The notes under the pieces: model-generated
Databases searched by the model: none
Seen by the model: the letters and a program-made list of their open reading frames with translations, nothing else
Told to the model about the DNA's origin: nothing
Assembly (NCBI GenBank): GCA_009692825.1
Contig: SHYL01000001.1
Coordinates: 2,866 to 66,865, forward strand
Direction: 5' to 3'
Length of the DNA: 64,000 nt
Origin: Dehalococcoidia bacterium
Lineage (GTDB): Bacteria; Chloroflexota; Dehalococcoidia; SHYB01; SHYL01
Translations under genes and position numbers: made by a program
Shown here: positions 23,747 to 32,363 of the stretch, one piece after another
How the letters are laid out: each line of letters starts with the position of its first letter
Numbering within the stretch: the first letter of the stretch is position 1

Positions 23747-24517
23747 ATGAATCCCTTTTTTAGAATTCCCCAAGAACTTGAAGGACTAATTGAAGGCTAT
23801 CAATGGAACAAGGTCACTATTGGTGAGTCTACTGACAGCGTCTCTCGCCTGGCGAGGAAGGGCAGACGTACTCTTTATTTAAAGACGGGCGCAATTTCTC
23901 ACGATAGGCGTGTGCTTGAAGAAAAAGGTGCGCTTGCGTGGCTGAAAACCATGCTCCCAATACCGAGAATCGTTGGCTTTGCCAGCGACTCTGAATACGA
24001 TTTTCTACTCACCGAAGCCCTAACTGGAGTGAATGCCTGCGCGGTTCCTCCTGAATCCCCCACAGACCTCGTAAGACTACTTGCTCATGGCTTGGTCAGC
24101 ATTCACAAATGCACTATTAATGATTGTCCCCTGAATAAAAGGCTCGAAGTAGAAATCATCCGCGCTAGGGATAATCTTTCCAACGGATACTCTCCAATGA
24201 TTGACTTGCATGGAAGATCTCCGATCGAAGCGTTTGAGGCTCTTTTGAAAAGTCGACCGTCTGTAGAGGACATCGTTTTTACGCACGGAGATTACTCCAT
24301 ACCGAACGTAATGATCAACAGGGGGAGGATATCCGGGTTTGTGGACTGGGGCAGAGCAGGTATTGCAGACCGATACAGAGACATAGCGCTAGCTTTGAAA
24401 AGCATCCAGCGCAACCTTGGTCCAGGCCTGGAGCAAGTGTTCTTGCAAGAATATGGGATTGTTAGTCCAGATCTCAAGAAGATTGAATTCTATAAGCTTA
24501 TTAACGAGTTTTTATAG
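23747..24517 (+). CDS. aph: aminoglycoside 3'-phosphotransferase family protein (APH(3')-like)
   Basis: The C-terminus (VFTHGDYSIPNVMINRGRISGFVDWGRAGIADRYRDIALA...EFYKLINEF) aligns with APH(3')-II catalytic and terminal motifs. The N-terminus (WNKVTIGESTDSVSRL..LYLK) is also APH-like. The tool ORF from 23639 overlaps the tRNA and is an artefact. Confidence 0.85.
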   Translation: MNPFFRIPQELEGLIEGYQWNKVTIGESTDSVSRLARKGRRTLYLKTGAISHDRRVLEEKGALAWLKTMLPIPRIVGFASDSEYDFLLTEALTGVNACAVPPESPTDLVRLLAHGLVSIHKCTINDCPLNKRLEVEIIRARDNLSNGYSPMIDLHGRSPIEAFEALLKSRPSVEDIVFTHGDYSIPNVMINRGRISGFVDWGRAGIADRYRDIALALKSIQRNLGPGLEQVFLQEYGIVSPDLKKIEFYKLINEFL

Positions 24518-24518
24518 G

Positions 24519-25037
24519 TTATCTAAACAGTGTGCTACCTAGGAGAATCCCATTCGCCCAGTACTGGCCGGTGTCGCCGGAAGGAAGTACATCGTAGGTG
24601 TATTCGTGGGTGTAGGCGAGAAGGTCTGCTGACATAACGCGAGCGCTCTCCAGTTCATCGTCAACTGCTATATCGCCAAGCGCACGGCCGTCTGCATTCG
24701 GATGCCCGGCAGATGCGTAAACCTCACGCCGGTTACTAAGAACTACATGCACTACCTGGTGACTAGCTGGCACAGGAGTTTGTGAGGTTTGGAGAACTTC
24801 TGCGGATGCGCGGTTGCCATTACGGTCCACGGTCCATATGGACGCCCCGGCATGGAGCATTTCTACAAGTATAGGACCATTGGGTGTATCGATTAGAGTG
24901 CCCTCAGACAGGCAGATCGGACATGTCAAGAACGTCTGCTCATCCTTGGTAACCTTTATGGAACCGCTGCTTGAGGTTGACCCTTCAATCGCCTTTCCTT
25001 TGCCTTCCTGGTTCTTGCTTTCGGAAATCCTCAGCAA
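24519..25037 (-). CDS. stand-alone Hint (Hedgehog/intein-like) domain protein
   Basis: Low-complexity N-terminus, then CPICLSEGTLIDTPNG...VEML..G. A T/S-xx-H block (SAGHP). The C-terminus is ...YWANGILLGS, lacking the terminal HN. TTG start. Confidence 0.55.
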   Translation of the reverse strand: MLRISESKNQEGKGKAIEGSTSSSGSIKVTKDEQTFLTCPICLSEGTLIDTPNGPILVEMLHAGASIWTVDRNGNRASAEVLQTSQTPVPASHQVVHVVLSNRREVYASAGHPNADGRALGDIAVDDELESARVMSADLLAYTHEYTYDVLPSGDTGQYWANGILLGSTLFR

Positions 25038-25222
25038 AAACTGAATTGGTAGCCGGCAGGTTCGAGAAGGATTGAGTTCAGCCGTTTGTATTCTCGGTAA
25101 ACCATAAGCTTCTGTTCATCGCTGAAGGTAGTTACAGAACTCATATTCAGGTGCCTGCGCATGGTCTGGAATTTTTCCGTTTCCGTTTGGATATCAGGGA
25201 ATCTCTCCAGCGCTAGTTCCAT
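25031..25222 (-). CDS. small hypothetical ORF overlapping the start of the Hint gene
   Basis: 63 aa. Its stop overlaps the TTG start of the Hint ORF in another frame. Confidence 0.3.
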   Translation of the reverse strand: MELALERFPDIQTETEKFQTMRRHLNMSSVTTFSDEQKLMVYREYKRLNSILLEPAGYQFSFC

Positions 25223-25535
25223 CTCGTCCCTTTGGGCAATCGGGTAGAAGTCAGGGTCACAGTAAAGGTATCGCCGAATCTGACAAACAGAGCGTATTTC
25301 AACCCTGTCGGCGTCAGCGGTACAACCGAGGTGGGTTGAGGCCGAGGCGTAGATGTTGCGGCCGGCACAGGGCTTGTGCTTGTTCAGGAATCACGGGCTG
25401 TCATCCCGAGCAAAAGGAATAAACAAACGAATCCTATGAATCCTTTCAAGTAAAGCATCTCCTCAATAGTAAACGTTTGTTAACCAAAGCATCCCTTACG
25501 TTGCGATAGCGTTACATCGTACCTAAAATAGACCC

Positions 25536-26150
25536 ATGACATACAAGCCTGACCTGTCCCTCCCACGCTGCTCATGGTCGGCAGCCGGCAAGCAGATAGC
25601 TGACCCACTTATGCTGACATACCACGATACTGAATGGGGCGTGCCGCTGCATGACGATCGAAAACTATTCGAGTTCATCACGCTGGACGCTTTTCAGGCC
25701 GGCCTCAGCTGGTCGACTGTTATACGTAAGCGTGCCGCATTTGACAGAGCATTCGACAGCTTTGAGCCGCTCAAGATAGCCAGATACAGCGATAAGAAGA
25801 TACAATCGCTTCTGGACGACGCGGGAATCATTCGCAATAAGGCGAAAATCAACGCCACCGTGACAAATGCAAAGTCGTTCCTCGCGGTTCAAAAGGAATT
25901 CGGTGCATTCGATAAGTACATATGGCGGTTCGTAGACGGCAAGCCAATAGTCAACAGATGGAATAGTATGAGGGAATTGCCCGCCAAGACACCCCTGGCC
26001 GAGACGATGAGCAAGGACCTGATCGGCCGCAGGTTCAAGTTCGTAGGACCTACGATGTGTTACGCATTTATGCAGGCAGCCGGACTTGTGAATGACCACT
26101 CAATTACTTGTTTCAGATACAAAGATTTGGCAAAGCAAAAGAAGTCATAA
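25536..26150 (+). CDS. tag: DNA-3-methyladenine glycosylase I
   Basis: RCSW..DPLMLTYHDTEWGVP and the Tag-family zinc-ligand pattern. Confidence 0.85.
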   Translation: MTYKPDLSLPRCSWSAAGKQIADPLMLTYHDTEWGVPLHDDRKLFEFITLDAFQAGLSWSTVIRKRAAFDRAFDSFEPLKIARYSDKKIQSLLDDAGIIRNKAKINATVTNAKSFLAVQKEFGAFDKYIWRFVDGKPIVNRWNSMRELPAKTPLAETMSKDLIGRRFKFVGPTMCYAFMQAAGLVNDHSITCFRYKDLAKQKKS

Positions 26151-26156
26151 GACCAA

Positions 26157-26435
26157 TTGGGATATACTCAGGATATGCAGGAATCCCCATTTAATATCCT
26201 ACGTACGCTCGACGTGCGGGTTGAATTTAACCCCATTGATTGTCGGAGCCTCGGCATGATTCGGCAGGAGTTGAAAGAAATGCCAAAGGGGTCTGTATTG
26301 CCCGTGCTCACGAATGGTTTCCAACAGCGTGAAATACAGGCGTGGTGCGGCAAGGTGAAGCAGACAATCGTATCTATCGAGTCAGATGACAGCGTGGATC
26401 TGAAGAGAATATACGTGGAGAATCATGGGTTCTAG
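26157..26435 (+). CDS. small hypothetical protein (TusA-like architecture, Cys present but not in a CPxP context)
   Basis: 92 aa. LDVRVEFNPIDC...ELKEMPKGSVLPV resembles the TusA layout. Confidence 0.3.
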   Translation: MGYTQDMQESPFNILRTLDVRVEFNPIDCRSLGMIRQELKEMPKGSVLPVLTNGFQQREIQAWCGKVKQTIVSIESDDSVDLKRIYVENHGF

Positions 26436-26523
26436 CTATAGGAACGCGGCGATAATCTGCCTCAGGCGCAGCAATACCATGGCGGCACTGAGAACCTTAA
26501 CCAGCACACCAGGATTAATCCGC

Positions 26524-27197
26524 CTAGCGAGCAAAACTCCAATCTGAGCCCCTATAATGGCACCCCCCACCAATAAGACCAGCACGCCACCAGCCGGCGT
26601 TGAATTCCCCCAGGACGATATGTGTTATTACGCCTGTTAAAGCTGCAAAAACGAGCACAAAGTGTGAGGTGCCTGTTGCTATTGGCCGGGGTATTTTCAT
26701 TAAAGCAACCATGGCTGGCATATGTATGACTCCCCCTCCAATCCCTAGAAAACTGGAGCTCCACCAGCAACCGCGCTTACGCCCATACCAAGCGGTTCAT
26801 TAACGTTGTAGCGGTAGATCCAATCGGTCTTATCCAGAAGAACGCGGTTTGTACTGGGCCAATCGTCTCGGACGCGCTTCAATTTTATTATCCGGCTTCG
26901 CCACAACAGGTAAACGGCACCTGCAATCATGGTCAAGCCAAATGCGGCATCGAAGGTAACACTGCCAACCTTTGCAGTGGCTATGGCCCCAAGGATCGCT
27001 GCAGGAACAGCAGCGATTGCAAACATGATGCCTGAGCGAATGTCTACACGATCTTCACGGAGGTATCCGATGAAACAGGATGCCGCGTTAAGGAAAACGA
27101 CTGCGAGTGAAATACTGGTTACGGTCTCCGTAGGCTTGTCCGGGAAGAGGAGAATCAGGACAGGCACCAAAATGAACCCGCCGCCGATACCTACCAA
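26524..27197 (-). pseudogene. TauE/SafE-family (sulfite/sulfonate exporter, DUF81) permease interrupted by a -1 frameshift near 26755
   Basis: The N-terminal half (MVGIGGGFILVPVL...) runs to a stop at 26745. In another frame, translation from 26800 downward reads SSFLGIGGGVIHMPAMVALMKIPRPIATGTSHFVL.., which is the TauE second repeat. One missing base around 26754-26757 restores a single ORF of about 225 aa. Confidence 0.6.
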
Positions 27198-27533
27198 AGT
27201 GCCTGCTGCACCCTACAAACAGACCCAGGACAGGGAGAAAATGAAGTGGTAAATGTTTAAGTCAGCCTGCATACCAGGCTCAGTCTACTATAAGAAGCCA
27301 TAGCCGAGATAGGCTTAAAGCTATTCATAAGGCACAATTATTGTTAAGAGACCCCGCATTCAATCCTAAATTGCACGCGACTTGTAATCGACGCCTATCA
27401 TTATGTCATGTCATACGCAATACGTTTGACATTTATAGGTATAATTGGCCTCACATTCCGCGAACAATTTGAGCCGCGGCCATACTTCTGTATGACATAT
27501 TGTTAACATTTAAGTATCCTCAACGGAGAACAG

Positions 27534-29297
27534 ATGACCTCAGGAAGATCTAAAAAAATACTGTTAGTCCAGCCTCGCACTATGCACAGGGGTGGTATTA
27601 ATTTCGAACTGGTAAGTATCCTAAGACTTGGCTTGCCAATCCTTGCTGGTTCTCTCAGAGATTATCAAGGGGAAGACGGCTCGATATATGAGCCACTCAT
27701 CTGGCTAGAAGACCGAAGCGGCCCTCTAAGCCTCGATTTCGTAGACCAGTACAAGCCGGACGCCATAATTTTTACAGGCCTCGTTAACGAGATACCACGC
27801 GGCTTCGACCTTTCTAACCTCCTAAGACGCGAGTTCCCGGATATCCCACAAGCTGGCGGCGGACCACATATGAGCGCCTTACCAGGCGAAGCGCTGCACT
27901 ACGGTAGCTTTGATGTAATAGGCCATAACCAGGGCACAAGATATGTAGGAACGCTTATGGATATCCTGACAGGGCTCAAAGGGCAGGAACGCCTACGCGC
28001 TCTCAAGAAAATTCCAGGTTTATCTTTCAATGAAAATGGCCGGGTGGTCACTACTGCTTATCCCATCATGAGCAGGAATATCCCGGAAAGTCCGACTCCG
28101 CTGCCGAACTACGACGCGATCTATGGTCTTTCAAAAGAATCGCCGCTGCCGGCTATAAGCATGCAGCTATCAGACAGCTGTCCATACCGTTGCACATTCT
28201 GCCGGGTGTGGACACACAACGGACGGTTCGTACAGTTCAAGAGCGTAACTCAGAGGGAACGCTGGGAGCAGGCACGAGACCTACAGGACAAGGGTCTCGT
28301 CATTAAGGACCGTACTGGAAGGACGCCCGTATTTATAGTCGACGACCTGGCCGCATGGGGGCTGCCAAATCAGCAGAACCTTCCGCCTGGAATGAGCATG
28401 GTAGAGTTCAAGCAGCTGCGCGACGCAAGACTGAACGAATACAAGTCTTGGAATGACATGGATTTCATGAATGGCTTCTATACCATCGCCCAGGTAAGAG
28501 CGGCGCACGGCGACGATAGAGAGATGATAGACGCCATGATTTCCGGTGCGCGTAACAAGATGTGCTACGTAGGCATCGAGTCCAGCGACGATGAAAATCT
28601 TATCAGGATGAACAAGCAGCAGCGTGTAGCAGACATCGAGCGGCAGGTGCACGGAATATCGGGTGCGGGAGTCGATGTGGTAGGCATGGGAATCATCGGC
28701 CTGCCGAACGACACGCACGATAAGATTATAAAACAGGCCCAGTGGTTCAAGGACAACACTAAACTTTCCACTGTGAACTATATAACGCATCTCTGGGGCA
28801 CTGCAGACGCAAAGTTCACTCAGTTCCGTTTGCTTTCCGAGGATAATCGCGTAGTGCCTATGGTTGGCTACGACAACGAAATAATCGAGCCGCCAACCAA
28901 TGATGAGGACCTGGGTAAAATCAGGGTGCTCCGACCCGCTGAAATGCTCCCTTACCACCGCTTCACCGGACGCTGGTCATGCTTCAAAGACCTAAATGAG
29001 GAGCGAGACTGGAGCCCTGAATATACGAACAAGCTTGTAGAGGACTATTACGATATCGTCCACTCACCTGACGTTCTTTATAAACGCGGCGCTATCCAGG
29101 CAGGCGTTGTAAAGTGGCTCAACGGGAAACTAGTCCCTGTATCGCTCATAAATGAGGTTACGAAGAGACTGCCAAGTACGCAAGCCAGGCAGGAAATGGC
29201 TGAAGCAGCCAAGCGTCTACCCAGCCAGGCAGGCCACGAAATTGCAAAAGCGGCCAGCAGTCTGACAGGACACAAACGTAAGCTGGGCCAAGTCTAG
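27534..29297 (+). CDS. B12-binding-domain radical SAM protein with C-terminal extension
   Basis: N-terminal KKILLVQP Rossmann-like B12 domain, CPYRCTFC (CX3CX2C) cluster motif, and a roughly 150-aa C-terminal tail with KRLPS repeats. Confidence 0.8.
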   Translation: MTSGRSKKILLVQPRTMHRGGINFELVSILRLGLPILAGSLRDYQGEDGSIYEPLIWLEDRSGPLSLDFVDQYKPDAIIFTGLVNEIPRGFDLSNLLRREFPDIPQAGGGPHMSALPGEALHYGSFDVIGHNQGTRYVGTLMDILTGLKGQERLRALKKIPGLSFNENGRVVTTAYPIMSRNIPESPTPLPNYDAIYGLSKESPLPAISMQLSDSCPYRCTFCRVWTHNGRFVQFKSVTQRERWEQARDLQDKGLVIKDRTGRTPVFIVDDLAAWGLPNQQNLPPGMSMVEFKQLRDARLNEYKSWNDMDFMNGFYTIAQVRAAHGDDREMIDAMISGARNKMCYVGIESSDDENLIRMNKQQRVADIERQVHGISGAGVDVVGMGIIGLPNDTHDKIIKQAQWFKDNTKLSTVNYITHLWGTADAKFTQFRLLSEDNRVVPMVGYDNEIIEPPTNDEDLGKIRVLRPAEMLPYHRFTGRWSCFKDLNEERDWSPEYTNKLVEDYYDIVHSPDVLYKRGAIQAGVVKWLNGKLVPVSLINEVTKRLPSTQARQEMAEAAKRLPSQAGHEIAKAASSLTGHKRKLGQV

Positions 29298-29384
29298 CCG
29301 TCTATCCCCACTCCTGCCTATTGCCTTTTTAGTTCCTGCCATCCTATCATTCTTTTAACACTATTTAGTAAAGGAGATAAGAGA

Positions 29385-29544
29385 CATGGCAGTCAAAGAC
29401 CCGATATGCAAAATGACGGTTGACGAGAAGACAGCAAAGATTAAGCTGGCAACTCACGGGATGATGTTCTATTTCTGCAGCGAGGGTTGCAAGAAGACGT
29501 TTGAGAAAGACCAGCACAAATATATGCCAGAGCACTCTCACTAA
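29385..29544 (+). pseudogene. YHS/TRASH-domain small metal-binding protein, frameshifted in a C4 run (29399-29402)
   Basis: ATG 29385 reads MAVKDP then a stop after 12 codons. With one C fewer it reads MAVKDPICKMTVDEKTAKIKLATHGMMFYFCSEGCKKTFEKDQHKYMPEHSH, a canonical YHS domain. The only intact alternative is a 43-aa ORF from ATG 29413 that lacks the first Cys. Confidence 0.5.
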
Positions 29545-29562
29545 AGAATCCCTTTAATAACT

Positions 29563-29597
29563 AAAAAGGCCCCCGATGATCGGGGGCCTTTTCTTTT
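29563..29597 (+). terminator. bidirectional terminator (ggcccccgat/gatcgggggcc + TTTTCTTTT)
   Basis: 10-bp GC-rich stem with an A-run before it and a T-run after it. It lies between the convergent YHS and cupin genes. Confidence 0.7.
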
Positions 29598-29615
29598 ACG
29601 TTAAACGTTCAGCCA

Positions 29616-30161
29616 TTAGTGAGCTGGAGCGTCGGGCCTGCGATGCGCAGGAACCTGTGGACCAACGTCGATTCTGTTATACGGTCCACCGATGCTGACC
29701 GCAATGTACGAGAGGTTAGACTTGCCAGTGTTCTTGATGCCGTGGACAGTGTTCGAAGGAATGCAGATGATATCACCTGCCTTTACGTGAACTTCTTTAT
29801 GCTTAAAACCTGCGATAGGAGTGGGAGAGCTTGCCTTAGGGGACTCCTTCTCAGCGTCGAAAGGCTCGCCCTTCATGTAGATGCCTTCACCCTCATTAAT
29901 GATGAAGATATGAGTAACGGCGTCATGCCATTGCATCGAGTTCTCCTGCCCTGGCTTTAAGCACCAGATCACGAGATTATGGCCTTTGCCAGACTCCGGG
30001 TCTGAGTATACGTTCGAGACTATATTTGCGCCATCGTCCTCAAACTTGGCAAGAGTCTTGCCATTAATAACGCCTCCGTTGGCAACGTCTTTCGGTCCAA
30101 TCTGGGGCGGGCGCTGTTGTGTTGTCATAGCTGAAATTCCTCCTCTAATAATGTGTTGCAA
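29616..30161 (-). CDS. cupin-domain protein
   Basis: Two-motif cupin pattern (G..H.H..E ... G.....P....H). The start may be the internal ATG at 30128. Confidence 0.6.
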   Translation of the reverse strand: MQHIIRGGISAMTTQQRPPQIGPKDVANGGVINGKTLAKFEDDGANIVSNVYSDPESGKGHNLVIWCLKPGQENSMQWHDAVTHIFIINEGEGIYMKGEPFDAEKESPKASSPTPIAGFKHKEVHVKAGDIICIPSNTVHGIKNTGKSNLSYIAVSIGGPYNRIDVGPQVPAHRRPDAPAH

Positions 30162-30253
30162 GAATAGCGACTTCAGACTGCAAATGTCAAATCCTTAATC
30201 GATTACCTGAGAATCAAAGCTGTATAATTCGGTTACTTTAAAAACAGTCGATT

Positions 30254-31348
30254 TTGGAGGTAAGGATGCCAGTAATTACAGTTAAGCAATTCGAAGTCAC
30301 CTGCAGATCAATGTTCGGGGCTGTAGGTGTAAGCGATGAGGACATACGAATAATTACCGATTCGCTAATGTTCGCTAGCCTGCGCGGGCATGATAGCCAC
30401 GGCATCGGGCATCTAGCTGCATACGTGCGCGGATACCTGGGACAGCGCAGCAATTTCGGCGGGGTCAAGAAGGACGCCAAACCCAGGATCATCAAGGAGA
30501 CTCCCGGTACCGTCATGATAGATGGGGACAAGTGCATAGGCCCCAAGGTAACGATGTGGGCTACGGAGATGATCATTAACAAGGCGAGGACATCAGGAAT
30601 CGCTGCGGCAACGGTACACAACTGCGTGCATAACGGCACGATGGCGTATTACATGGACCGGATAGCAAAGGCTGACATGATAGGAATGGGGTTCACGAAC
30701 GCCGGAGCCGCGTCTCCACCGTGGGGCGGCGTTGAGCGCATGCTGGGCACCAACCCATTCGGTATGGGCTTCCCTGCTAGGAATTACCCACCGATAGTCA
30801 TCGATATGTCAACGTCATCCACGTCCTGGGCTGGAATCCAACCTATGGTGGCCTCAGGCAAATTTACGCCTGGAATCCTACAGGATGAGTTCGGCGAGCC
30901 TACAACAGACGCCACTAAGTTCAGCAGAGGCGGACAGGGACCCAACAAGGGCGCCATGCAGAACATGGGGGGCAATCACAAGGGATTTGCTGTCCAGCTG
31001 GCTACGGAGGTCCTGGGAGGCATCCTGCCATCGCTAATGACAGGCAACGAAGTATCGATGGACAAAGATTACAACAATCCCAGCTTCCTGGTCGCCATAA
31101 ACATAAGCTTTTTCCAGGACTTAGACGCCTTCAAGGATAAGATGGACTTCCGTATCAAACAGCTGAAAGCATCAAAGAAGAAACCGGGCGTTGAAGAAAT
31201 TTATATGCCGGGGGAAAGAAGCCTCAGAAACGCAGAGAGGTTCAGGAAAAATGGAATCCCGATAGAGTCCCATTACTGGAACGAGATAGTAAAGTTAGCC
31301 GAAGAGCTGAAGGTAACACTGCCTGAGCTTGCCAAGACCACCGCGTAA
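30254..31348 (+). CDS. Ldh_2-family (malate/L-lactate/sulfolactate dehydrogenase type 2) oxidoreductase
   Basis: HDSHGIGH motif and overall Ldh_2 layout. About 360 aa. Confidence 0.8.
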   Translation: MEVRMPVITVKQFEVTCRSMFGAVGVSDEDIRIITDSLMFASLRGHDSHGIGHLAAYVRGYLGQRSNFGGVKKDAKPRIIKETPGTVMIDGDKCIGPKVTMWATEMIINKARTSGIAAATVHNCVHNGTMAYYMDRIAKADMIGMGFTNAGAASPPWGGVERMLGTNPFGMGFPARNYPPIVIDMSTSSTSWAGIQPMVASGKFTPGILQDEFGEPTTDATKFSRGGQGPNKGAMQNMGGNHKGFAVQLATEVLGGILPSLMTGNEVSMDKDYNNPSFLVAINISFFQDLDAFKDKMDFRIKQLKASKKKPGVEEIYMPGERSLRNAERFRKNGIPIESHYWNEIVKLAEELKVTLPELAKTTA

Positions 31349-31373
31349 AACGCGTCTATACGTTTGTAAAAAG

Positions 31374-31405
31374 AAAGGGAGGGCTTACACCCTCCCTTTT
31401 AATTT
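31374..31405 (+). terminator. bidirectional hairpin (aaagggaggg/ccctcccttt) between convergent genes
   Basis: 10-bp stem, 6-nt loop, and flanking A/T runs. Confidence 0.6.
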
Positions 31406-31423
31406 CAAGGTTGGTGATGGCGT

Positions 31424-32329
31424 TTAGCGGCGTGATCCACGCAGGCGTGGGTCAAGTACGTCGCGAAGAGCGTCACCGAGCATATTGTAAGCCAGAACTG
31501 TGATGCTGATAGCAATTCCAGGTCCCATAACGAGCCAGGGAGCAGTTTCAAGATAAGCACGTCCAGGACCGCTAAGCATATTGCCCCATGACGGGGTCGG
31601 GGGCTGTACGCCGAGACCGAGGAAGCTCAGTGAGGCTTCCACAATGATGGCTACGGCGACCGCGGCAGATGCCACGATTATGATAAGCGGGAGCACCTGA
31701 GGGAAGATGTGGCGAACTAGGATTCTGGGAGTGCTTGCGCCGATTGCTTTCGCAGCCTCCACATACATTTCCTGCTTGATACTCAGTGTGCTGCTGCGGA
31801 ATATTCGAGATTGGGTAGGTATCAGGATAATACCTATCGCCAGCAACGAATTTATCAGTCCGGTTCCCATTATGGTCACGAGAACCATGGCAAGTATCAA
31901 ACTTGGCATGGATAACATGGCGTCTACAAATCTTTGTATATAAAGGTCAGTGCGACCTCCGGCATAGCCTGAGGAGATGCCGATCACGGCACCACTAGCC
32001 GTGCCGATGGCCACGGCGATAACGCCAGCCATCAAGGATACGCGGGCGCCGTTTACCGTGCGGCTAAAGACGTCTCTGCCAATGTCATCAGTGCCGATCA
32101 GATGCTTTGCGCTGGGAGCTTCAAGGCGTCTGGCTACAACATCTGTTTCACCGTAGGGCTGAATCAGAGGAGCAAATATGGCTGTGATGATTACCCCAAT
32201 AATAATAAATGCACAGATCATCCCTATTGGCTGTCTCCTGGCAAAGGTCTTAAATCCCTTCCAGAGGTCGAGCTTTTTAGTCGGCCGCGCATTAGCGAGA
32301 ACTTCACTAGCAGTATTAGAAGTTGCCAT
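31424..32329 (-). CDS. peptide/nickel ABC transporter permease (OppC/DppC-like)
   Basis: N-terminal extension plus six TM helices, with the EAA-like ABC permease signature. Confidence 0.85.
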   Translation of the reverse strand: MATSNTASEVLANARPTKKLDLWKGFKTFARRQPIGMICAFIIIGVIITAIFAPLIQPYGETDVVARRLEAPSAKHLIGTDDIGRDVFSRTVNGARVSLMAGVIAVAIGTASGAVIGISSGYAGGRTDLYIQRFVDAMLSMPSLILAMVLVTIMGTGLINSLLAIGIILIPTQSRIFRSSTLSIKQEMYVEAAKAIGASTPRILVRHIFPQVLPLIIIVASAAVAVAIIVEASLSFLGLGVQPPTPSWGNMLSGPGRAYLETAPWLVMGPGIAISITVLAYNMLGDALRDVLDPRLRGSRR

Positions 32330-32363
32330 CTCTTTTACCTCTTTTCAAAATTCCTATTGAGAC

